A stretch of 64,000 bases of DNA from Thermoplasmatota archaeon (lineage in GTDB: Archaea; Thermoplasmatota; Penumbrarchaeia; Penumbrarchaeales; Penumbrarchaeaceae), in the NCBI GenBank assembly GCA_965234725.1, contig CBDDUX010000004.1, positions 1 through 64,000 on the forward strand, read 5' to 3'. This document shows, one piece after another, positions 57,001 through 64,000 of this stretch; positions within the stretch are counted from its first letter, which is position 1, and each line of letters begins with the position of its first letter. The notes under the pieces are model-generated. The model did no database searches. It was given only the letters and a program-made list of their open reading frames with translations, and was not told the DNA's origin. A program made the position numbers and the translations under genes.

Positions 57001-60000
57001 TCCGGATTCCGATGGTGACGGTCTTCCGGACGGGGATGAGGTGATCTTCCATTTGACAGATCCATTGGTGGAGGATACGGACCATGATGGGTTGGATGAC
57101 GGAAGGGAGGTTTTGGTAACAGGGACAGATCCTTTGTTGGAGGATACGGACAATGACGGTCTTTGGGATGGGGAGGAGCTTGAAGATTGGGGTACCGAGC
57201 CTTTGAAGAACGACACTGATGGTGACGGCCTGATGGATGGTGAGGAGGTCCAAAAATATCTGACAGATCCGAACGATCCGGATACTGACAGGGACGGTCT
57301 TTCCGATGGTAGGGAAGTGTTCCACGATCTCAATGACGAAATGCCTGGTATCCAGGGTACGGACCCAACATTGTGGGATACGGATGAAGGCGGAGCCCCG
57401 GATGGTGTCGAATTGGACCGGGGTGGAGATCCGCTCGATGGATCCGATGATGGAAGTTATATAGATTCTGACGGAGACGGACTCCTCGATGTGGAGGAGG
57501 ACAAGGACGGTGATGGAACCTTAGATGCAAATGAGACCGATCCGTATGATCGTGACACGGATGATGATGACCTCATAGACGGCTACGAGATCAATGGAAT
57601 ATTGGGGCCGGCAACAGATCCAAGGGACCCGGATACGGACCATGACAACATCACTGACGGCGAGGAGGTCCTCCCGGGTGAGGATACATATATCACGAAT
57701 CCTACCTTGAAAGATACGGACAATGATACCATTGAGGACGATCATGAGGTTCTGGGAACATACGGTTTTCCAAGTGATCCCTCCTCGCCTGATGGGGATG
57801 ATGACGGTCTGAAGGACCAGGTGGAGGTGTTCATCTCATTTACGGACCCCCTTAACCCTGATACTGATGGAGATGGCCTGCCGGATGGATGGATAGACGG
57901 ATGGAGGAACCTCCCTAAAAATGGGAAAAAGGACAAAGGTGAGTTCGAGGACAGGGACCTTGACGGTCTGGTGGATGGAGGGGTGTGGGGGAACGGAATA
58001 GGTCCTGGTGAGACGGACCCTCTGGACCCTGATACTGATGATGGAGGGGTGACCGACGGTCAGGAACTGTTCTACAAGGGGAGTTCGGATCCATTGGTTC
58101 CCTTTGACGATGAGATCATCAAGGATACGGACGGTGACGGGCTTTCCGATCTGTTGGAGAACGGGACAAGCTACCTTACGAGATGGGATGATCCTGATAC
58201 AGATAGCGACGGCCTGGCTGACGGATATGATACGATCGTGATCGATGAAGTGATAATGAAGGGAGAGCTTACGGGTCATAATGGTTTCGCCCCTTCCGAT
58301 CCGATAAATCCCGATACTGACAACGATGGAATGATGGATGGAGCCGAGGTCGAACAAAGGACCGATCCTCATGATCAGGATACAGATGGAGATGGACTAT
58401 GGGACGGATACGATGAGTTCGACGGAATCCGATTCCATCTGGGAGAGTTGACAGGCCATAACGGTTTCCTTCCTACGGACCCGTTGAACTTCGATACTGA
58501 TGGGGACGGCCTTCATGATGGTAGGAGCATCGACCTACCATCCGGGGACAAGGATTATGGAGAATATTTCTACGAGACGGATCCAAATGACCAGGATACG
58601 GACAGGGACGGTCTGGACGATAAATATGAGATCAGTACATTTTACAAGGAAGGTATCTTTAAATTCCTGGGTCAGCTAAGAACCGACCCTACTGATCATG
58701 ATTCAGATCATGGTGGTATGCCGGACGGACTGGAGGTCAATCTTTCATTGAACCCTCTAAATGACGGTGATGATAGGTACATGATCGATGATGATGGAGA
58801 TGGTTTGACAAATGGTCAGGAGATGTTCGAGATATACTACAATCCCAACGACCCCAGGAATGATAATGTGGACTGGAACGATGACGGCGTCCCGGATGGA
58901 TACACTGATCCTGAAGACGCTGACACGGATGGAGACGGCCTTGATGACGGAGAGGAGTACTATGGATTCGGTTCCAACCCTCTTTCCAAGGATAGTGATG
59001 GTGACGGTCTGGATGATTGGCAGGAGGTGGAGGTCTACGGGACGGACCCAACATCTCCTGACACCGATAATGATGATCTTCCTGATGGTTTTGAGGTTGT
59101 AACAACTTATACGGTCTCCTATGTGGATTGGACAGGCGACGGGATAATTGACTACAAGACCAACCCTAATAACCGGGATACGGACCTTGATTCCATAACA
59201 GATGGAAACGAGATCCTTGATGAAACACCCACAAATCCCCTGGACAGCGGTGATCCCGGGATCGAGCTCCTTCCTGAGGAGGTACCCTTCATCTTCATTG
59301 AAAACGCACCTGCCAAGATACAAAAGGATTCGGACCTACTGAAAGGTGCGTTTAGGGTTTCCGGTATCGTAAGGAATGTGGATGGAAACCCTGTTCCCGG
59401 GATCGGTGTTTCAATAATGGTCCTTGGAAGAGGTGCAAAGAGAAGTGACGCAGTTCTCCTCGAGGGTTCTCCAGCATTCCGGGTTGGAAGCACAGATGCA
59501 ACATCAAGGGACGGAAGGTATGCCATAACATGCACACCGAATCCAGGAACCCCCTTCGGCGAAGTATCGATATTCGCCGTGACCCGGGATGGCATATCAG
59601 AAAGCAGAAGGTTCGGATCCGCTGCATCCGATCCATTCCAATCCGTGGTTGAAACTACCACCCGGATAGTCCCGGAGAGATCGAGATATGTCAGGTCCCA
59701 GGGAGCAATTGTCCTTGTTCAAGGCCAGCTTGTGGATTCGGGGGACGTTCCTGTTCCGGAGGCTGAGATCATCTTGACATCTCCTTTTACATCTCCAGCC
59801 ATATCCGACACCGACATCAAAGGATATTTCAGCTTCACGATCCGGGTTCCAAGTACGACAGGAAGCTGGAACCTGAACATCTCCTATGCCGGGGAGATGT
59901 ATCTTGGTCCCGCCTTCGAGACGCTGGAGATCGTATCCTTCGAAGGACCTTCGATCTCCCTGGATCCCATCGGCCCGACCTATGTTTCGGGTGATGTGAT

Positions 60001-61711
60001 ATTCATAAACGGAACAATAGGCGGAGGTCCAGAGGTTCCTCAGGGAGATATAAATATCTCGTTCCTTCAGCTAGAAGGACTTCGTTCGATCACGGTTGTT
60101 CAAGGTCAGATCAGGTCCGGTGGTTTTTCCGTACCAGTTACACTTGAAGGAGGAACATTCCCTTCCGGGGGCTACGTAGTGTCTGTATCGTACGAGATAC
60201 CCGGTGTAGGGGTCTCAGATAATTCCTCCCTTTCCTTCCAGCTCCTTGGAAGGACGGTCCTTTTCGTTCCGGAACCTCAGGTGGAGCGCGGTCTTGATCC
60301 CTTCCTTTTCATTCAACTCTTCCAGGAAAGCGGAGATCCTATCTCCGGTGGAACCATCAAGGTCATCTTCCCGGAGCTGCCCTGGTTGGACCCCAGACCT
60401 CAGAGGACGAACACAACCGGCTGGGCGGTCTTTGAAATTGACCTCCAGGGCGATGTCCCATTGGGATATACACCAATGAGAGTGGAACATGTGGCCGGAA
60501 GTGGTGATATCGTTCCTGCAATATGGACTGGCCTATTGAGCATCAGAGCCCCTGTTTCATTGGAGATACTCTCAGCATCCGAAGAGCTCATCATCCTGGA
60601 CAGCGTGGTTGTCGCTGGCAGACTGATCGACGATGCAGGGAGAGGTATAGTTGGAGAGGGCGTCCTTGAGCTTATCCTCAATGGTGAATCAATTGGGTCC
60701 TACTCAACATCCGATGGAGGATGGTTCGACATCAGAGGATTAGTACCCCAATACTCCAGATTGGGGGAAGGTCTCATGATCCTGAGGTTCGCAGGGCTCC
60801 AGGACAACAGGTCCGATTGGTATTCTATCGAACAGGTGGGGATCAAGGTAACTGTGGTATCCAGAACGTACATCGAAGTTAAGGAACGGTTCTTCGATCT
60901 GAATTCGACGATCGAGTTGATCATAAGGAACGAGAGAGGGGAAGGCGTACCCAATGCTCCCTTGAGACTTGAGATCGGTTACAGCCTGACCACTTATCTC
61001 ACAGGTCCGGGTGGGAATGTGACGGTTGACCTTGGAACCATCTCTCCAGGGGATTCGCTGACAGTCACTTTTCCAGGAGATCAGGGAAGATCGCTTCTCA
61101 CCTCGAACATGACCGTAAACGTACCAGACAAGGTAGTGGAGGATAGGACACCAGAGCTGACAATTATAATACTGATAACTGTTCTGGTCTTAGCCCTGGT
61201 CCTTGCTGTTTATGTCACCTTGAGGCTGCTCAAGGTAAGGAAAGATGCGACCACCAAGAAGGCAATAGAAAAGAGGTCCATGGCAAGATATCCATATCTC
61301 CCAAGGTCAACTTCCGAGAAGATGATAGTTGAAACATATCGGGATGTCCTCCATGATCTCAGGGTCAAAGGGTTGGACAAACCTCCAGGTATGACACCCG
61401 AGGAGTTCGAAAGGGCCGTCCTTGATTCTTCAGGTGGGTTCGAGGGAATGGAGCCATTGACCAGACTTTTCGAGGAGGCCAGATACTCGGACCATGATAT
61501 ATCCTCCCATCTTATAGGAAAGGCAAAGGAGATGAAGCATTCTATAGAGCGGTTCCTTCAAACCACTGATACCGGTAAACTTGAAAGCGATTTCAAGAGT
61601 TCCATCGAGGGGTCGGTCCAGAAGGTCCATACCGACCTTGTTTGGAGGATGAGAATGGACCCAACCGGAGACCTGAAGAAGCTTCTGGGTGAGAAAGGGG
61701 TGGATAAATGA
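54068..61711 (+). CDS. 2547-aa membrane protein: DxDxDG Ca-binding repeats, transglutaminase-like domain, Ig-like domains, TM, DUF4129
   Basis: N-terminal TM; YLR..FD.FDG..W; DFLF....GNA.DF.TAF..L.R...[20 protein letters not shown]; dozens of DTD.DGL.DG.E...TDP repeats; TM followed by TPEEF...[10 protein letters not shown]. Confidence 0.88.
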   Translation: MRFGTIYRTIAVVLVIVIIFSNLVRFTDDGGMFTRNLGDSGSDEVPGIDSDGDGLRDTDEDLNRNGRIDEGESSPTDPYNKDTDGDGLEDGEEYDMFKDRSVNSSSTTSWISRFGSEEAIILSMISSLSPTGDIDKDGLPNILDPDSDGDMITDGEEVEMGLDPLDPDTDGDTIPDLLDPNTGFTVDSDGDGLDDVWEEYHSTFDPAGDPDGDGMTNLLEFTGRTDPNHMDDHPGHIGSYTASGLLRYPDPNRIHFTVEGLGPSYLRVSSFDDFDGSDWVRGPYILPEILGDEQTSSATINLNGAWWGYLPTPFGTSDAVNSTPYATFPHRELEVPQFRGDVLYSPVPVIDYSISIRSMDIDLNSLERANASAPTTPGLLDIDPSIPSEVWDLAGKWDRSDISDFKKAGLIISRLSEICQYSEDPIIGRDTEDPLYDFLFITRRGNALDFSTAFTILMRMYDIPSRVVVGYAVGQGNGSGRTYREGHLHAWSEILLKDLGWVQFEVTRHSHGREGGSGISGDGVDPNIYGSIGGDGGGTLKGDIGGPLDPLGNNDGDNLTNGFEQLLGTDPNLTDTDHDGLDDHIEYYIYKTDPTLRDTDNDTLSDGEEVNKYRTNPLEPDTDLGGLNDGIEVHYRPYPLDPLNRSDDYRLTDVDMDGLNASLEKKYGTSEYDNDTDRDGLLDGHEVFSYKTDPLDPDSDDDTLSDLDEVNFYHTDPLLPDTDGDGLSDREEIENGTDPRSKDTDRDGAEDGRELLEGTDPLDPDSDDDGLLDGYEFDRGTDPLDIDTDGDGILDSLEEWYGLNPLTDQGLDPPPDMDHDGIPDDAEAESNTLASNNDTDGDGMTDGMELYMVHSNPVLEDSDGDGLDDWWEVMVEHTDPLRNDSDGDHLQDRFEAGASISPVHPDTDGDGLFDGRELILGTDPMDPDSDNGGLRDGLEVLLGKDPTDPSDDLPFLYDQDGDGLLDLIETDLGTDPLDPDSDGDGLPDGDEVIFHLTDPLVEDTDHDGLDDGREVLVTGTDPLLEDTDNDGLWDGEELEDWGTEPLKNDTDGDGLMDGEEVQKYLTDPNDPDTDRDGLSDGREVFHDLNDEMPGIQGTDPTLWDTDEGGAPDGVELDRGGDPLDGSDDGSYIDSDGDGLLDVEEDKDGDGTLDANETDPYDRDTDDDDLIDGYEINGILGPATDPRDPDTDHDNITDGEEVLPGEDTYITNPTLKDTDNDTIEDDHEVLGTYGFPSDPSSPDGDDDGLKDQVEVFISFTDPLNPDTDGDGLPDGWIDGWRNLPKNGKKDKGEFEDRDLDGLVDGGVWGNGIGPGETDPLDPDTDDGGVTDGQELFYKGSSDPLVPFDDEIIKDTDGDGLSDLLENGTSYLTRWDDPDTDSDGLADGYDTIVIDEVIMKGELTGHNGFAPSDPINPDTDNDGMMDGAEVEQRTDPHDQDTDGDGLWDGYDEFDGIRFHLGELTGHNGFLPTDPLNFDTDGDGLHDGRSIDLPSGDKDYGEYFYETDPNDQDTDRDGLDDKYEISTFYKEGIFKFLGQLRTDPTDHDSDHGGMPDGLEVNLSLNPLNDGDDRYMIDDDGDGLTNGQEMFEIYYNPNDPRNDNVDWNDDGVPDGYTDPEDADTDGDGLDDGEEYYGFGSNPLSKDSDGDGLDDWQEVEVYGTDPTSPDTDNDDLPDGFEVVTTYTVSYVDWTGDGIIDYKTNPNNRDTDLDSITDGNEILDETPTNPLDSGDPGIELLPEEVPFIFIENAPAKIQKDSDLLKGAFRVSGIVRNVDGNPVPGIGVSIMVLGRGAKRSDAVLLEGSPAFRVGSTDATSRDGRYAITCTPNPGTPFGEVSIFAVTRDGISESRRFGSAASDPFQSVVETTTRIVPERSRYVRSQGAIVLVQGQLVDSGDVPVPEAEIILTSPFTSPAISDTDIKGYFSFTIRVPSTTGSWNLNISYAGEMYLGPAFETLEIVSFEGPSISLDPIGPTYVSGDVIFINGTIGGGPEVPQGDINISFLQLEGLRSITVVQGQIRSGGFSVPVTLEGGTFPSGGYVVSVSYEIPGVGVSDNSSLSFQLLGRTVLFVPEPQVERGLDPFLFIQLFQESGDPISGGTIKVIFPELPWLDPRPQRTNTTGWAVFEIDLQGDVPLGYTPMRVEHVAGSGDIVPAIWTGLLSIRAPVSLEILSASEELIILDSVVVAGRLIDDAGRGIVGEGVLELILNGESIGSYSTSDGGWFDIRGLVPQYSRLGEGLMILRFAGLQDNRSDWYSIEQVGIKVTVVSRTYIEVKERFFDLNSTIELIIRNERGEGVPNAPLRLEIGYSLTTYLTGPGGNVTVDLGTISPGDSLTVTFPGDQGRSLLTSNMTVNVPDKVVEDRTPELTIIILITVLVLALVLAVYVTLRLLKVRKDATTKKAIEKRSMARYPYLPRSTSEKMIVETYRDVLHDLRVKGLDKPPGMTPEEFERAVLDSSGGFEGMEPLTRLFEEARYSDHDISSHLIGKAKEMKHSIERFLQTTDTGKLESDFKSSIEGSVQKVHTDLVWRMRMDPTGDLKKLLGEKGVDK
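55721..59250 (+). repeat. Long array of degenerate D(T/S)DxDG(L)xDxxE...(G)TDP repeats
   Basis: Dozens of about 21-23-aa units in the translation. A smaller block lies at about 54212-54750. Confidence 0.85.
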
Positions 61712-62934
61712 GGGTCCCTCAAGCATCCAGGATATGGATGGTTTTTGGATCCATAATGCTGATACTACTTGCACTTTCGGAAGTCTATCTGTTAGTTTCC
61801 ATGGGTAATGATGACATCCTTTCTACCTCGGAAGATGGTTGGACAGGAGCCTCGATATTCCGGGATGAACTGGAGAAAAGGGGTTATGATGTGGTTCAAT
61901 TGCTGACAACCCCTTCGCTAATCCACGAGGAGGATTCACCTTCCTCGACACTTTTCATATCACTAGGCCCCCAAAGAGGTTACACACTTTCAGAGGTACA
62001 TGCACTGAAGAAATTCCACGATCGGGGTGGAAGGATCATTCTTGCAGATGACAATGTCAGATCAAATGAGCTTGCATCCAGGTTCGATACTAATTTTGTA
62101 AAGGGACAGTTGTATGATCAGAACTTCGTCTCCAATCCAGATCTGGTAAAGATCAAGGTTTCTGTTCCGTTCTTTGACGGTTTTATTTTGATGAACAGGC
62201 CCGCTTCCTTGACATTCTCATCGGGACAGGCCTTGATCGCCTCCACATCATCGGCATGGGTAGATAGGAACGGGAATGGTATCAACGACAATGTTACTAC
62301 CAATCAAGGTGAGGCACAAGGCGTTCGGTATCTGGCGGTCATTTCCGAACCTGATTTCGAGGAAATGGATACGGGAACATGTCTGATGATATCGGATCCT
62401 TCAATATTCATGAATGGAATGATCGAAAGAGAAGGGAACATGGACCTTGCTTTGGCCATGGTCGACCTATTGCTCCCGGATGGTGGAAAGATCGTTTTCG
62501 ACGATTCGGTCCATGCTATCTCCGGGGGTCTGGGGGCCATGCAGCGCGGCATCATTGGTGTTGCCTTCATTACCACAGATGTGAACCTGAAGATCATTTT
62601 TGGGTCCATTGCCGTATTGGCCATTTTCGCGGTGGGTTATATCTACGAGTCTCCAAGAAGACCAAAACATGAGACCATACTTGAAAGGACAGGTGTTGCC
62701 GAGCTCGTTGAACCGGATCTTCTTGAGAGTGATCTGGACGAACTGAAGATCACGGTTTTGGACCGGATCAGGGTATCCTATGAGATGTCTGTTGAGGATT
62801 TCTCAAAGTTGACCTGGGAAGAGGTCGGTGAGAAGATCGGGAATGATAATATCTTACGTTTCGTCAGGGAGGGGAAGTTCAAGGGAGGTGTTGAGGGATT
62901 GCTCCTGGAGGTGATGGAATGGGAAAAGAAGTGA
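61708..62934 (+). CDS. DUF4350 domain membrane protein
   Basis: TM, then S....GW.GAS.F, F...[19 protein letters not shown]....N and IVFDDSVH, then a second TM. ATGA overlap with the giant gene. Confidence 0.8.
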   Translation: MRVPQASRIWMVFGSIMLILLALSEVYLLVSMGNDDILSTSEDGWTGASIFRDELEKRGYDVVQLLTTPSLIHEEDSPSSTLFISLGPQRGYTLSEVHALKKFHDRGGRIILADDNVRSNELASRFDTNFVKGQLYDQNFVSNPDLVKIKVSVPFFDGFILMNRPASLTFSSGQALIASTSSAWVDRNGNGINDNVTTNQGEAQGVRYLAVISEPDFEEMDTGTCLMISDPSIFMNGMIEREGNMDLALAMVDLLLPDGGKIVFDDSVHAISGGLGAMQRGIIGVAFITTDVNLKIIFGSIAVLAIFAVGYIYESPRRPKHETILERTGVAELVEPDLLESDLDELKITVLDRIRVSYEMSVEDFSKLTWEEVGEKIGNDNILRFVREGKFKGGVEGLLLEVMEWEKK

Positions 62935-64000
62935 GCAGGTTCACCCTACGAGCGATGGGTTATACTTCCGTGGCTTTTGCCTCGTTCATAGTAGCATTGA
63001 TCCTGTCCTCCGAACTATTCCTTGCCGCGTCCCTTATCTCGGCCACACTGGTCCTCCTGTCCCTTTCCATGTATCCTCCCGGCGTTAAAGTGGCAAGGGA
63101 AATGGAAAAAAATACAGTTTTCGAAGGAGAGGAGATCGACGTAACCATCAAGGTAAGGGGAAAAGGACAGCTCGGCAACGTGGAGATATTCGACAAGGTA
63201 TCTCCGCTTCTGGAGATATCTCAAGGATCCAACCTGGCATTACTGCCGCCCGGGGCGGGGGACTATTCCTACAAGATCAAAGCCTCTCTGAGGGGTTTTC
63301 ACAAGATCGGGTCAACCCATGTCAGAAGATGGGACCCGCTCTGGATCTGGTTTAGAGAGGGGGATTTCGAGAACATAGAACAGTTAACGATTTTTCCTAA
63401 GGTCTCTCATTCAAGGTCCGGTGAACTACTGATAAAGGATACCAAACAGCGTCCAGGGGATATGAGATTGAAAAGAGTTGGTATGGGAAAGGAGTTCCAC
63501 TCCATAAGGGACTACACAACCACGGACCCGTTCAACACGATAAACTGGAAAGCGACAGCAAGAAGAGGCAAGCTCCTTGTTAATCAGTTCGAAGCGGAAT
63601 CGGTAACAGATGTAATGTTCATCCTCGATTCCAGACTTGTATCAAGAGTGGGGAGGGTATCGGATAATCCCGCCGAGAGGAGCGTGGGATTCTGTGCGTC
63701 CCTTGCAACCGAACTTATTAGGAGGTCCAACAGGGTTGGCCTGATCATCTTCGGTCATTCCATGACCGTGATGAAACCACGCGGAGGAGCAGGAGGGTTG
63801 GATCAACTTTTCCATATGCTGACGGATTCAACACCTGCCGGACAGATAACCCTGGGTGCTGCTGTCACCTACTCCCTTTCCTATCTTCCTCCAAACTGTC
63901 CGGTCATTATACTCTCGGCTTTGAACGAGGACCCGACAGTGAGTATTGCAGTGAAACAATTGATCGGGAGAGGCCACAAGGTGACCATCGTCAGTCCGTC
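62919..64000 (+). CDS. DUF58 domain protein (runs off the window end)
   Basis: Not in the ORF track. Translates as [14 protein letters not shown] + TMs ... RG...IG...DP, G.G.EFHSIRDYTTTDPFNTINWKATARRGKLLVNQFEAE, FILD. GGAGGTG SD at 62907. Confidence 0.88.
   Translation, partial: MGKEVSRFTLRAMGYTSVAFASFIVALILSSELFLAASLISATLVLLSLSMYPPGVKVAREMEKNTVFEGEEIDVTIKVRGKGQLGNVEIFDKVSPLLEISQGSNLALLPPGAGDYSYKIKASLRGFHKIGSTHVRRWDPLWIWFREGDFENIEQLTIFPKVSHSRSGELLIKDTKQRPGDMRLKRVGMGKEFHSIRDYTTTDPFNTINWKATARRGKLLVNQFEAESVTDVMFILDSRLVSRVGRVSDNPAERSVGFCASLATELIRRSNRVGLIIFGHSMTVMKPRGGAGGLDQLFHMLTDSTPAGQITLGAAVTYSLSYLPPNCPVIILSALNEDPTVSIAVKQLIGRGHKVTIVSP

Noticed and set aside
55721-59250. Repeat array as a DGR or other nucleotide-level repeat system
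   Set aside because: Similarity is at the protein level (DxDxDG), and there is no reverse transcriptase or template/variable repeat pair.
365-63224. Numerous antisense and nested ORFs of 60-190 aa
   Set aside because: They are shadows of well-supported genes on the opposite strand or frame and have no motifs of their own.

Overview
This is a gene-dense archaeal chromosomal window. Fibrillarin, Rnp4/YhbY, DUF357, PurP-like, HerA-like and XPD genes and TATA-box promoters establish an archaeon. The C25 peptidase, DxDxDG-repeat surface proteins and PGF-like sorting signal suggest an uncultured Thermoplasmatota (inference). From left to right it holds: tRNA-Arg(CCG) at the edge; a frameshifted pentapeptide-repeat gene; a glutamate dehydrogenase operon with two large PEP-synthase-like ATP-grasp proteins that lack the pyruvate-binding barrel; housekeeping genes; several very large membrane-anchored secreted proteins; a Tad/type IV pilus module; and the start of a transglutaminase-like/DUF4350/DUF58 operon. 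The best candidate for an undescribed system is 34.2-40.3 kb. It combines an ABC exporter, four paralogous small membrane proteins sharing a leader-like helix, a YPYA motif and a C-terminal YGV(Y/F) motif, a methyltransferase-TPR fusion, and a radical SAM/SPASM enzyme whose motifs resemble tyramine-excising spliceases of the PlpX type. All family assignments come from motif recognition by eye; no database search was run.
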